DNA of 64,000 nucleotides, taken from contig JALUTT010000012.1 of NCBI GenBank assembly GCA_027021705.1, forward strand, positions 1-64,000. The letters run 5' to 3'. The notes under the pieces were generated by a model. The model was given only the letters and a program-made list of their open reading frames with translations, had not been told where the DNA came from and searched no databases. This stretch comes from Anaerolineae bacterium. Lineage in GTDB: Bacteria > Chloroflexota > Anaerolineae > S140-20. The number at the start of each line of letters is the position of its first letter. The stretch's first letter is position 1. Below are positions 48,150 through 59,000 of the stretch, piece by piece. A program made the position numbers and the translations under genes.

Positions 48150-50057
48150 TCAGCTACCGGCGTGCTCTCCATCCATCGTCTCGATGCGCAGTGCGGTCTG
48201 GATGGTGGCCGTGCGCCCATCCTGGTAGGTGATCACCGTCTCCACAGCGATGCTGTCCCGGTCGCTGTAGAGGGCCCCCACCAGGTTCTCGTAGCGCTGA
48301 GCGATGAAGCGGCGGCGGACCTTGCGCGTGCGGGTGAGTTCGGCGTCGTCGGCGTCCAGCTCTTTGTGCAGGAGGAGGAAGCGTTGGATGCGGGCCGCCG
48401 GCGGCAGGTCCTTGTTGGTCCGCTCCACATCCTTGCGAATGAGGTCGTACACCTCAGGCTTTTGGGCCAGGTCGGTGTAGGTGGTGTAGGGAATCTGGTG
48501 CTTCTCGGCCCACTTGCCCACGTTGGCGAAGTCAATGTTGATCATCGCGCTGACGAAGGGGCGATCCCCGCCGAAGACCACCGCCTCACGGATGTAAGGG
48601 CTGAACTTGAGCTTGTTCTCGATGAACTGGGGCGAGAACTTGGTGCCGTCGTGCAACGTCATCACGTCCTTGGCCCGGTCAATGACGATGAGGTGGCCGT
48701 CTTCGTCGAAATAGCCGGCGTCGCCCGAATGGAGCCAGCCATCTTTCAGCGTTTCCGCCGTCGCTTCTGGGTTCTTGTAGTAGCCGATGAAGACGGCGGG
48801 GCTTCGGGAGAGGATCTCGCCGTTCTCGGCGATGCGCACCTCCGTCTCCGGGATGGGTAGCCCGACGGTCTGGAACTTGATGTCTCCATCCCGGTGGACC
48901 ACGGAGATGCCGCTGATCTCTGTCTGGCCGTAGATCTGCTTGAGGTTGACGCCCAGGGCGTGGAAGAAGCGGAAGACATCGGGGCCTAGGGCTGCGCCCC
49001 CCGTGTAAGCGCGACGGACGAAGCGCAGCCCCAGCTTGTCCTTGATAGGCTGGAAGACGAGCCAGTCGGCCAGCCGGTACTTGAGCCTCAGGGTCAGGGA
49101 GGGCTCCCGCTTCTCAAAGCGGGTATCGGCCATCGCATAGCCGATAGGCATCGCCCAGTTGTAGACCAATCGCTTCAGCCAGGTGCTATCCTCGATCTTC
49201 ACCTGGACCTGGGAGACCATGCTCTCCCAGATGCGGGGGGGCGAGAAGATCACCCGGGGACCGATCTCGCGGATGTTCTCCTGGGCGGTCTCCGGCTCCT
49301 CGGGGAAGTTGACGGTGAAGCCAACCCACAGGGCGCTGGAGACGGACATCATCTGCTCGCCGATCCAGGCCAGGGGCAGGAAGGAGACGAACTGGTCCTC
49401 GGGCTCCATCGGGTCCACGGCCAGCAGGTTGCGGGCCATGCTGAGCAAGTTGCGGTGGGTGAGCATCGCCAGCTTCGGCTTGCCCGTGGTGCCGGAGGTG
49501 GTGGAGAGGATGGCAACGTGGTTGGGCTCGGTGCGCCGCACGTTTTCCATAAACAGCCCTGGGTGGGAGCGGGCGTAGACGCGCCCCATCTCCTCCACGT
49601 CGGGGAAGTAGAGCAAGAAGGGCTCCCGGTAGTTGCGCAGCCCCTTGGGGTCGTAGTAGATGACCCGCTCCACCTTAGAGAGCCGGTCCCACACCTCCAG
49701 CACTTTGTCCACCTGCTCCTGGTCCTCGACGATAAGGAAGCGGGCGTCGCAGAAATCGGCCAGGTACTGGACCTCGCTGGCGATGGAGTCCTGGTAGATG
49801 CCCATGGAGATGGCACCGGCGGCCTGGGCGGCCAGTTCGGCGTAGAGCCACTCGGGACGGTTGTCCCCGATGATGGCGATCTTGTCTCCCGGCTGGAGCC
49901 CCAGGCTGATGAGCCCCAGGGAGAAGAGGCGCACGTGCTCCACGTACTCAGCCCAGGTGACCTCCTGCCAGATGCCGAACTCCTTCTCCCGCAGGGCCAC
50001 CCGGTCGCCAAACTGGCGGCCGTTCCGAACCAGCAGCTTCGGCAGCGTGTCTTCCAT
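48150..50057 (-). CDS. Long-chain fatty acid-CoA ligase (AMP-binding)
   Basis: TSGTTGKPK, YGQTE, GWLHSGDAG, IDRAKD, ELTRTRKVRR. Confidence 0.92.
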   Translation of the reverse strand: MEDTLPKLLVRNGRQFGDRVALREKEFGIWQEVTWAEYVEHVRLFSLGLISLGLQPGDKIAIIGDNRPEWLYAELAAQAAGAISMGIYQDSIASEVQYLADFCDARFLIVEDQEQVDKVLEVWDRLSKVERVIYYDPKGLRNYREPFLLYFPDVEEMGRVYARSHPGLFMENVRRTEPNHVAILSTTSGTTGKPKLAMLTHRNLLSMARNLLAVDPMEPEDQFVSFLPLAWIGEQMMSVSSALWVGFTVNFPEEPETAQENIREIGPRVIFSPPRIWESMVSQVQVKIEDSTWLKRLVYNWAMPIGYAMADTRFEKREPSLTLRLKYRLADWLVFQPIKDKLGLRFVRRAYTGGAALGPDVFRFFHALGVNLKQIYGQTEISGISVVHRDGDIKFQTVGLPIPETEVRIAENGEILSRSPAVFIGYYKNPEATAETLKDGWLHSGDAGYFDEDGHLIVIDRAKDVMTLHDGTKFSPQFIENKLKFSPYIREAVVFGGDRPFVSAMINIDFANVGKWAEKHQIPYTTYTDLAQKPEVYDLIRKDVERTNKDLPPAARIQRFLLLHKELDADDAELTRTRKVRRRFIAQRYENLVGALYSDRDSIAVETVITYQDGRTATIQTALRIETMDGEHAGS

Positions 50058-50086
50058 AAGCCCTCACCGCTCGAGCGTTGGTAACT

Positions 50087-50190
50087 GTTCACCCTCCCGC
50101 AGGTTAGGCGTGTTTCCAACGCGAAACCGTGCTTCAAATAGCCCATCGGGGCTGAAAGCGCCCTCGACCGGTGACTTGCGGGAGGGTAAA
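50087..50190. repeat. MITE/REP-like element, copy 5 (apparently complete)
   Basis: GTTCACCCTCCCGCAGGTTA...TGACTTGCGGGAGGGTAAA terminal inverted repeats; body shared with the copy at about 4547-4617. Confidence 0.85.
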
Positions 50191-50275
50191 GCTGAATAGA
50201 TACGAGCGTTGTCTACAGAGTCAATGGTTCCAAACCCGTCTCCTGCCCTGGACGGAGGATCTGGTCACCCCCGTC

Positions 50276-51127
50276 TCAGGTTGTATCCCGGATGCTCTCC
50301 AGGCGCACGTTGTCAATCAAGCGGACGCCGTCAATCCAGGCGGCCAGGGAGAGCAACCCTCGCCTGACCTCTCCCTCCAGTTCCCGAAGCGTCTCCAAGT
50401 CGGCCAGGCTGACGTACTCCACCTCGATGCGCGGTTCCTGAGCCAGTTCCTCGCGGACGATGGCCCGCAGCCGGTCTGCGTCGCGCTCCCCTCCCTGCCA
50501 AGCGGTCTGAGCCGCCCGCAGGGCCCGGTAGAGGGTGGGGGCAACGGCCCGTCCCGCCGGGGAGAGCAGTACATTGCGCGAGCTGAGGGCCAACCCATCA
50601 GGCTCACGCACCGTTGCCACCTCCCGGACCTCGACGGGGATGTTGAGGTCGGTGACGAGCTGCTTGACCACGATCGCCTGTTGGGCATCCTTCTGACCGA
50701 AGTAGGCCCGATCGGGCTGAACGATGTTGAGCAGCTTGGTCACCACCGTCGTCACGCCGTCGAAGTGGCCGGGGCGGTGCTTCCCCTCCAGAACCTCTGT
50801 GATCTCCCGGACGTGGACGACGGTTCGAAAGCCCGCCGGGTACATCTCCTCGACGGAGGGGATGAAGACCAGGTCCACGCCGGCCTCTTCCAGGAGGCGC
50901 ATGTCACGGGGCAAGTCCCGGGGATAGCGGGCCAGGTCCTCAGCCCGGTCGAACTGGATGGGGTTGACGAAGATGCTGACCACCGTGGCTGCGTTTTCCT
51001 GTTTCGCCCGGTGCACCAGCGCCATATGGCCGGCGTGCAGATAGCCCATCGTGGGCACAAAGCCTACAGGTGCTGGTAGATTCGCCCGCGCCGCCCGGAG
51101 GTCAGCGATCGTCTCGCACACCACCAT
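50276..51127 (-). CDS. panC: Pantoate--beta-alanine ligase
   Basis: VPTMGYLHAGH, SIFVNPIQF, RPGHFDGV, FGQKDAQQ, GLALSSRN, RLIDN. Confidence 0.96.
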   Translation of the reverse strand: MVVCETIADLRAARANLPAPVGFVPTMGYLHAGHMALVHRAKQENAATVVSIFVNPIQFDRAEDLARYPRDLPRDMRLLEEAGVDLVFIPSVEEMYPAGFRTVVHVREITEVLEGKHRPGHFDGVTTVVTKLLNIVQPDRAYFGQKDAQQAIVVKQLVTDLNIPVEVREVATVREPDGLALSSRNVLLSPAGRAVAPTLYRALRAAQTAWQGGERDADRLRAIVREELAQEPRIEVEYVSLADLETLRELEGEVRRGLLSLAAWIDGVRLIDNVRLESIRDTT

Positions 51128-51140
51128 AGGCTGTCCTCTC

Positions 51141-51944
51141 TCACAGGGTGTACGCCCCACTCCCCTGCCCCAGGTAGGCCTGGATGACCAGAGGGTTGTT
51201 CCTGACCTCCTCCGGCGATCCCTCGGCGATGAGACGGCCAAAGTCCAGGACCACCACCCGGTCGGAGATGTCCATGACCACGCCCATATCGTGCTCGATG
51301 AGGACGATGGTCACGCCCCGCTCTTCGTTGATGTCGAGGATGAAACGGGCGATGTCCTCTTTTTCCTCGACGTTCATCCCGGCCATAGGCTCGTCGAGGA
51401 GCAAGATTTTGGGCTCCAGGGCCAGGGCCCGCCCCAACTCAACCCGCTTCTGAAGGCCGTAGGGGAGGCTGCCGACCACCTTCTTGCGGATCGGTTCGAT
51501 CTCCAGGAAGTCTATGATCTCCTCGACGATCCGCCGGTGTTCTACCTCCTCCCGCTGAGCCCGCCCCCAGAAGAGGCCGCCGCTGAGCAGCCCTGTCCGC
51601 ATATGGATGTGTCGGCCCAGCATCAGGTTCTGGAGCACGGTCATGCCCCGGAAGAGCTCGATGTTCTGGAAGGTGCGGGCGATGCCCCGCCGGGCGATCT
51701 GGTGGGGGGAGAGGCGGGTGATCTCTTCTCCCTCGAAGGTGATGCGCCCCTCGGTCGGGCGGTAGAGGCCGCTGACGCAGTTGAGGAGACTGGTCTTGCC
51801 GGCACCGTTGGGGCCGATGATGGCCAGGATCTCGCCCTGGTAGACCTCCAGGCTGACGCCGGCCAGAGCCGCGACGCCGCCGAAGTGGAGAACCAGGTTC
51901 TCCACAGCCATCTGGACGATCCCGCGTTCCGAAGCACCGTCCAC
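51141..51944 (-). CDS. ABC transporter ATP-binding protein (LivG-like)
   Basis: FGGV, GPNGAGKT, RTFQN, LPYGLQK, DEPMAG, IEHDM, VIQAYLG. Confidence 0.93.
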   Translation of the reverse strand: MDGASERGIVQMAVENLVLHFGGVAALAGVSLEVYQGEILAIIGPNGAGKTSLLNCVSGLYRPTEGRITFEGEEITRLSPHQIARRGIARTFQNIELFRGMTVLQNLMLGRHIHMRTGLLSGGLFWGRAQREEVEHRRIVEEIIDFLEIEPIRKKVVGSLPYGLQKRVELGRALALEPKILLLDEPMAGMNVEEKEDIARFILDINEERGVTIVLIEHDMGVVMDISDRVVVLDFGRLIAEGSPEEVRNNPLVIQAYLGQGSGAYTL

Positions 51945-52331
51945 GGGTCCCTCCTCTCACGCACAACGAAGTCGCAGAAGCCTCTACACAAGCACCTCCG
52001 CCCATCAGAGGCGGATCGGTGCCACGATTTGGGGTCGTTCGCAGGGGAAATGCCTTCTGGGGGAGGGCTCGGATGCCCCCCTACACAGGGAGATCTCGCC
52101 GAATTCGCTTCGCCTGAATCGGAGCTGGATGAAGGGGGCGATGGCAACGGTATCCGCTGGAGGAAAACCCAACGAGGCCAGCCAGGAAGGGCCTGACACG
52201 CCGTGTTGGGTCAATCCCCGCCCACTCCCGGACGAGGGAACGGTCGCTTCGGCCATAATTCCCTCTCCTCGCCTGTTGGTCTATCCCTGGCTGGACGCTT
52301 CGCGGGGAGCTCACGTGGAAGCACCGAGCAG

Positions 52332-52360
52332 ATTATAGCATACGGGAGAGGAAAAAGCAA
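52332..52360 (-). promoter_or_regulatory. Putative promoter of the ABC/acyl-CoA ligase operon
   Basis: TTGCTT-17-TATAAT with TG extension, about 380 nt upstream of the first gene. Confidence 0.6.
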
Positions 52361-52369
52361 GCAGGAATG

Positions 52370-52401
52370 GAACAGGCCAGGCTCCGGAGCCTGGCCTGTT
52401 C
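52370..52401 (-). terminator. Perfect 32-bp palindrome, likely terminator of the beta-helix gene
   Basis: GAACAGGCCAGGCTCCGGAGCCTGGCCTGTTC equals its own reverse complement; just downstream of the stop at 52419. Confidence 0.65.
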
Positions 52402-52418
52402 GCTCTCCGGGAAGCTCA

Positions 52419-55400
52419 CTAGCCCTGATTCCTGGTCACGATGGGGAGGAAGATGTGCCGGACCGGGTCCAGCCAGGCCGGCAGCCCGTCATGGCCGAAG
52501 GGGGGAGGCTCTGGATCGGTGTGACTCTCGTCGGTGTCGGGCACCCCGTCGCCATCGCTGTCGGGGTCCTGGAAGTTGGGGATGCCATCCCCATCCACGT
52601 CGTTGTCCTGGCAGTTGGGAATGCCGTCGCCGTCGCTGTCCACCGTCGTGTTGCTGCAGAACTCGTCCCCGCTGGTGCCGTCGTACCATTCGTCGCCATC
52701 GGGCGTGCCGTCGCCATCGCTGTCGGTATCCAACCGGTCCGGTGTGCCGTCGCCGTCCGTGTCCTGGTCGGGATGGGGGCAGGTTGCGCCTCCCGTGGGG
52801 GCTGTGGTGCAGCCGGCCTCCGCCCAGTCGGGCACGCCGTCGTTGTCGCTGTCGGCGTCCAGGTAGTCGGGCAGGCCATCCCCATCGCTGTCCACGGAGC
52901 TGTCGTTCCCCGTGCCGGGGTTGTCTACCAGCCCCTCTTCGGTGTCGGGGATGCCGTCGTTGTCGTCGTCGGTGTCCTGATCGTCGGGCACGCCGTCGTT
53001 GTCGCTGTCGGTGTCCCGGTAGTTGGGCACGCCGTCACCGTCGGTGTCCCCGCTCCCCTCGGCGCTGTCGGCCACGCCGTCGTTGTCGCTGTCGGCATCC
53101 TGGTAGTCGGGGGTGCCGTCGCCGTCGCTGTCGCAGGGGTCGCCGGAGCCGACGCCGGTGGAGCAAGTTCGCTCGTCAGCGTCAGGGATGCCGTCGCCAT
53201 CGCTATCGGTATCCCGGTAGTTAGGGATGCCGTCGCCGTCACTGTCCCCGGTCCCCTCGACGCTGTCAGGGATGCCGTCGTTGTCGCTATCGCTGTCCCG
53301 GTAGTCGGGGGTGCCGTCACCGTCGCTGTCGCAAGGGTCGCCCGAGCCGACGCCGGTAGAGCAGATTCGCTCGTCGGCGTCGGGGATGCCGTCGTTGTCG
53401 CTATCGCTGTCCCGGTAGTCGGGGGTGCCGTCGCCGTCGCTGTCCCCGGTCCCCTCAACGTCGTCGGGAATGCCGTCGTTGTCGTAGTCCCCGTCGCTGG
53501 AGGCGGCGAAGACGTTGACCTGGGCGATCTGGTAGCGGCAGAGGGTCTGGGTCGGGTCGCTGAGGATGCCGGTGGCGCGGCAGAAGGGCAGGTTGACCTC
53601 GCCGGAGACCTCGGTGGTGGTGGTGATGCCGTCGAAGTCGAAGTAGCGGGAGCCCAACTGGGCACCGCCGACCTGGACCAGGTGGGAGGTGTAGGTCACC
53701 CAGTTGCCCTGCCAGTCCACCTCGTACTCGATGACCTCGAACCAGGTGGTGGTGCCGTCGCTTTCGTTCTCCACGTTGCCGTAAGAGATGCCCGTGGGTC
53801 CCCAGATGCCGTCGCTGCCGCCGGCCGAGGCGAAGCTGCTGCCCACACAGGGGCCGCTGGGGCATGCCTGGCCGCCGTCCTGGCGGGTGATGGTCACCAT
53901 CAGGCCGCTGGTGAGCGTCTGGGTGCCGCTGACCACCTCGACGGCGACGAACCAGCGCTGGGAGATGTGGGGCTCACCGCTGTTGTTGCCGAAGGTGTTG
54001 TCCTGCAACAGGGTGGCCTTGTTCAGCGGGGCCGTGTCCCGGGACTGGATGCCGTCGTTGCCGTTGCCGCTGATGGTGTTGCCGGCGATGTAGGGCATCG
54101 AGAGGAGGTCGTCCGCCGCGTTGTCCGGCCCGTCGGTCCCGAAATAGACCCGGTTGACGATGCCGAAATCCTTGTTCTGGGCGATGGTGTTGCTGACGAG
54201 GCGTGGCGAACCGCCGTAGTTGAAGACGCCGATGCCGGTACACCAAGCGTAGGTGCATCCCTGACCGGTGCCGGTGATCACGTTGCCCTGGATCAGGTTG
54301 TCGCCAGAAGCAGGCGTGGTGTAAGGGGCGCTGTTGCGGTGGGTCGTCTGGTTGACGATCCCGTACTTGTCATTGGAGGTGACGGTGTTGGTCAGGACCA
54401 GATTGTGCTGAGGCGGGGTCACGAGGGAGGTACCACTCCCTCCTGAGAAGCGAAGGCCGATGTAGTTGAAGCGGATCCGGTTGTCCTGGATCACGTTGTA
54501 ACCCGCGCCATCGTAGAGGTAGAGGCCGCCGGCCCCTGTATCGCTGAGGGAGCCCAGGTCCCCATTCCCCAGGTCCTCGCTGCCGTTGACGCCCGTGCCG
54601 ATGTAGTTGTTTTGGATCACGTTGTGGAGGGCCTGAGTCCCGCTGATGAAGATGCCGGCCCGTCCGTTGTGGGCGATGATGTTGCGGTCGGAGGCGTTGG
54701 GGCCGCCGATGGTGTTGGTGTAGGCGTTCACCATCTGGATGCCATCCCGGTTCGTCGTCCGCCCGTTCCCCAGCCCGACGGTGCCGGTGAGGTCGGTGCC
54801 GATCTTGTTGCCGACGATGACGGCCTGGGTGGTGTTGGGACCCAGGTAGATGCCGTTGTAGCGGTTGCTCGAGACGGTGTTGCCCTGGATGGTGAGGCCC
54901 ACGACGTTGGCATGGGCGTAGATCCCCCCGGTCCCCTGATTGCCCCGGGCCGCGTTGCCGGCCGCGTTCAGGCCGATGATGTTGTTGACGATGGTCACCT
55001 GCTGGGTGCCTGTGAGGTAGATGCCGTGGAGGCCGTTGCTCGAGATGAGGTTCCCCTGGATCGTCGTCGTCACCGCGCCAAAGAGGGCGATGCCGCTGGA
55101 GCCATTGGACCGCGTGATGGTCCCTGTGGCGTCGAGGCCGATGGTGTTGCTCAGCACCCGGGTGCCCAAAGCATCGAAGACGCGCAGGCCGTTGCTCCCA
55201 TTCCCGGAGAGGATGTTACCTTGCACAACGTTGCCCACAGCGCCGCTGCCAGGACCGGACACGTGGTAGATGTAGATTCCCCGCTTGGCGTTGCTCCGGC
55301 TGGCACCGCTCAGGTCCAGGCCGATCCAGTTGTTCACGATCTGGTTGTCGTTCGCTTGTGTTCCATTACCGTTCACGAGGATGCCGTTCTCCGGTGAACC

Positions 55401-55841
55401 GGTGATGGACAACCCCTCGATCCGGTTGTTGGAGGATTGGATGATGAGCAGGCCGGTGTTGGTCCCCACGGAACCGCTGCTGTAGCGGATCTCCACGTCG
55501 GGTGTCCCGTCGTTATCCAGATCGCCGTCAATGGTCGTCCCATCGTCGCTGATGGTCAGGGAGCCGAGGGTGATCGTGATCACCCCGCCGGTGTTGAAGG
55601 TAATGCTGTCGGCCCCCGAGTTGGCATTGGCGTAGGCGATCGCGTCCCGCAGCGAGCAGTCCCCATCCGTCCCCGGATTTCCACTCCCGCCGCAATCGCC
55701 GTCGCTTTCGTCCACGAGGGTGTTGACGGTGAGCGATGCTGCTTGCCCAACGCGGCTGGACAAGAGGGCGAAGAGCAAGGTCAGCGCAATCCCCACGATC
55801 AAAGCCGTTCCTGCGATCCGAATGATGCCTCTCATAGTCAC
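52419..55841 (-). CDS. Large secreted protein: CSLREA-type N-terminus, parallel beta-helix repeats, TSP3-like Asp-rich repeats, C-terminal IFLPIV motif
   Basis: Signal peptide, CSLRDAI, repeated N.IG/GN.IS.N, DSDGDG.P.Y.D repeats, ends [12 protein letters not shown]. Confidence 0.85.
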   Translation of the reverse strand: MTMRGIIRIAGTALIVGIALTLLFALLSSRVGQAASLTVNTLVDESDGDCGGSGNPGTDGDCSLRDAIAYANANSGADSITFNTGGVITITLGSLTISDDGTTIDGDLDNDGTPDVEIRYSSGSVGTNTGLLIIQSSNNRIEGLSITGSPENGILVNGNGTQANDNQIVNNWIGLDLSGASRSNAKRGIYIYHVSGPGSGAVGNVVQGNILSGNGSNGLRVFDALGTRVLSNTIGLDATGTITRSNGSSGIALFGAVTTTIQGNLISSNGLHGIYLTGTQQVTIVNNIIGLNAAGNAARGNQGTGGIYAHANVVGLTIQGNTVSSNRYNGIYLGPNTTQAVIVGNKIGTDLTGTVGLGNGRTTNRDGIQMVNAYTNTIGGPNASDRNIIAHNGRAGIFISGTQALHNVIQNNYIGTGVNGSEDLGNGDLGSLSDTGAGGLYLYDGAGYNVIQDNRIRFNYIGLRFSGGSGTSLVTPPQHNLVLTNTVTSNDKYGIVNQTTHRNSAPYTTPASGDNLIQGNVITGTGQGCTYAWCTGIGVFNYGGSPRLVSNTIAQNKDFGIVNRVYFGTDGPDNAADDLLSMPYIAGNTISGNGNDGIQSRDTAPLNKATLLQDNTFGNNSGEPHISQRWFVAVEVVSGTQTLTSGLMVTITRQDGGQACPSGPCVGSSFASAGGSDGIWGPTGISYGNVENESDGTTTWFEVIEYEVDWQGNWVTYTSHLVQVGGAQLGSRYFDFDGITTTTEVSGEVNLPFCRATGILSDPTQTLCRYQIAQVNVFAASSDGDYDNDGIPDDVEGTGDSDGDGTPDYRDSDSDNDGIPDADERICSTGVGSGDPCDSDGDGTPDYRDSDSDNDGIPDSVEGTGDSDGDGIPNYRDTDSDGDGIPDADERTCSTGVGSGDPCDSDGDGTPDYQDADSDNDGVADSAEGSGDTDGDGVPNYRDTDSDNDGVPDDQDTDDDNDGIPDTEEGLVDNPGTGNDSSVDSDGDGLPDYLDADSDNDGVPDWAEAGCTTAPTGGATCPHPDQDTDGDGTPDRLDTDSDGDGTPDGDEWYDGTSGDEFCSNTTVDSDGDGIPNCQDNDVDGDGIPNFQDPDSDGDGVPDTDESHTDPEPPPFGHDGLPAWLDPVRHIFLPIVTRNQG

Positions 55842-55973
55842 TGCTCCTTTTTTCCCTATGCCTTCTCGGACATCTTCCCCTGTACCCAGAATATGGCCTA
55901 TTCTACATCGAACAGTAGGAATTGGTCAAGCGCCGGTGGGCTACATCGGGCGGTGCAAAGCCTGGGGAAAGCC

Positions 55974-56002
55974 GATGCGGGTGGCGTTGCGCCACCCGCA
56001 TC
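55974..56002 (-). terminator. Hairpin downstream of the thioester-domain adhesin gene
   Basis: GATGCGGGTGGCG-TTG-CGCCACCCGCATC, perfect 13-bp stem. Confidence 0.55.
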
Positions 56003-56036
56003 CTCTTTCCACGATTGGCTGAAAGCAATTCTTGGT

Positions 56037-59000
56037 TTAGCGGCCTCCTCCGATCACCAAGGGCAGGTAGACAGCGTAGGAGTAGCCACCACCGGCGGCG
56101 GCATCGGGGTCCAGATAGTCGGGAATGCCGTCTCGGTCGCTATCCTTCAGCCCTTCCTGGCTGTCGGGGATCCCGTCCCCATCGCTATCGTTGTCCAGAT
56201 AGTTGGGGATCCCATCGTCGTCGGCGTCGTTGTCGGTGCACACGGGATCGTTGGCTGTGCAGCCGGCCAACGGGTCGTCGGGACCACTGCTCCACTCCTG
56301 GGCGTCCGACAGCCCGTCGTCGTCGGAGTCGGTGTCCAGGAAGTCGGGGGTTCCATCCCCGTCGCTATCCCGATCCGGGTTGGTGCAGAGGTTGTCCCCA
56401 TCGGCCGGCCGGAGGAGTCCCGCGCTGGAAATGACAGGGGCACAACCCGATTCCACGCTGTCGGGGATGCCGTCCCCGTCGGAGTCCAGGTCCAGGAAGT
56501 TGGGCGTGCCGTCGCCGTCGGCGTCGTCGGCCCCTTCGATGGCATCGGGGATGCCGTCGTCATCGGAGTCCAGGTCCAGGAAGTTGGGCGTGCCGTCACC
56601 ATCGGCGTCCTCGGCCCCCTCGACGGCATCGGGGATGGTGTCGCCGTCGGAGTCGAGGTCAAGGAAGTTGGGGGTGCCGTCGCCGTCGGTGTCACTGGCC
56701 CCCTCAACCGCATCGGGGATGGTGTCGCCGTCGGAGTCGAGGTCAAGGAAGTTGGGCGTGCCGTCACCATCGGCGTCCTCGGCCCCCTCGACGGCATCGG
56801 GGATGGTGTCGCCGTCGGAGTCGGTGTCCAAGAAGTTGGGGGTGAGATCGCCATCGGCGTCGCCCGTCCCCTCAGCGGCGTCGGGAATCCCATCGCCGTC
56901 AGCATCGGTATCCTGGTAGTTGGGGGTACCATCCCCATCGGTATCGCCGTTCCCCTCGTCGGTGTCGGGGATGCCGTCCCCGTCGCTGTCGGCTCCGGCC
57001 TGGATGTCGGGATCCAGGTAGTCAGCCACGCCATCCCCATCGGCATCACCCGTTCCTTCAACACTGTCGGCAACGCCATCGCCGTCGGCGTCGGTGTCCA
57101 GGTAGTTGGGGGTGCCGTCGCTGTCGGCGTCGCCGGTGCCTTCGGTGGCGTCGGGGATACCATCGTTGTCCGAATCGGTGTCCAGTGCGTCTATGGTGCC
57201 GTCGCCATCGCTGTCGGTGGGGCTGGCGGGATCGCCTACCTCGGTGGCGTCGTCAATGCCGTCGCCGTCGGAGTCCCCGCTGTTGGGGTTGGTGCCGATG
57301 GCTGCCTCTTGGCTGTTGGTCAGCCCATCGCCATCCTGGTCCGCATCGGGGCCATCGGTGTCGTCGGCATCCAGGAAGTTGGGGATACCATCGCCATCGG
57401 CATCGCCGGTTCCCTCGACAGCGTCAGGCGTCCCGTCGTTGTCGGCGTCGGTGTCCAGGTAGTTGGGGGTGCCGTCGTTGTCGGCGTCGCCTGCGCCCTC
57501 GGTGCTGTCGGCGATGCCGTCGCCGTCGGAATCGGCGTCCAGGTAGTTGGGCGTCCCGTCGTTGTCGGCGTCGCCCGCGCCCTCGGTGCCGTCGGCGATG
57601 CCGTCACCGTCGGAATCGGTGTCCAGGTAGTTGGGGGTGCCGTCGTTGTCGGCGTCGCCCGTGCCCTCGTCAGCGTCGGCGATGCCGTCGCCGTCGGCGT
57701 CGGTATCCAGGTAGTTGGGGGTGCCGTCGTTGTCGGCGTCGCCGGTGCCCTCGGTGCCGTCGGCGATGCCGTCACCGTCGGCGTCGGTATCCAGGTAGTT
57801 GGGGGTGCCGTCGTTGTCGGCGTCGCCCGTGCCCTCGTCGGCGTCGGCGATGCCGTCGCCGTCGGCGTCGGTGTCCAGGTAGTTGGGGGTGCCGTCGTTG
57901 TCGGCGTCGCCGGTGCCCTCGACAGCGTCAGGCGTCCCGTCGTTGTCGGCGTCGGTATCCAGGTAGTTGGGGGTGCCGTCGTTGTCGGCGTCGCCGGTGC
58001 CCTCGGTGCCGTCGGCGATGCCGTCACCGTCGGCGTCGGTGTCCAGGTAGTTGGGCGTCCCGTCGTTGTCGGCGTCGCCCGCGCCCTCGGTGCTGTCGGC
58101 GATGCCGTCGCCGTCGGCGTCGGTATCCAGGTAGTTGGGGGTGCCGTCGTTGTCGGCGTCGCCGGTGCCCTCGGTGCCGTCGGCGATGCCGTCACCGTCG
58201 GCGTCGGTATCCAGGTAGTTGGGGGTGCCGTCGTTGTCGGCGTCGCCTGTGCCCTCGTCAGCGTCGGCGATGCCGTCACCGTCGGAATCGGTGTCCAGGT
58301 AGTTGGGGGTGCCGTCGTTGTCGGCGTCGCCCGTGCCCTCGTCAGCGTCGGCGATGCCGTCGCCGTCGGCGTCGGTGTCCAGGTAGTTGGGCGTCCCGTC
58401 GTTGTCGGCGTCGCCCGCGCCCTCGGTGCCGTCGGCGATGCCGTCACCGTCGGCGTCGGTATCCAGGTAGTTGGGCGTCCCGTCGTTGTCGGCGTCGCCG
58501 GCGCCCTCGGTGCTGTCGGCGATGCCGTCGCCGTCGGCGTCGGTATCCAGGTAGTTGGGGGTGCCGTCGTTGTCGGCGTCGCCGGTCCCCTCGGTGCCGT
58601 CGGCGATGCCGTCACCGTCGGAATCGGTGTCCAGGTAGTTGGGCGTCCCGTCGTTGTCGGCGTCGCCCGTGCCCTCATCCAGATCGGGGATGCCATCCCC
58701 GTCGGCATCAACGGAGACAACCACCTGATCCTGGGCACTGGCCTGGCCGCCCAACCCGTCGCTGCCGGAGGCCGTCACGGTGAAGGTGATGACGTTCGCC
58801 TGACCGGCTACGGTGCTGCCGCTGCAGGTCATTGTCGCGCCGGGATCCAGCGTCGTGGAGGGGCAGGTGATGGTGAAGCCGGCATCCACGGTGATCTGCT
58901 CCAGCGGGGCGTCACCGGTGTTGGTAATGACCGCGGTGAGGGTCAGTGTCTCCCCGGGATAGGCATGGGCCGGACCGCCAGCCTGGAGATCGAGGGCCGG

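Noticed and set aside
57405..58705. 84-bp periodic repeats as a CRISPR or DGR template
   Set aside because: In-frame coding repeats without unique spacers; no reverse transcriptase in the window.
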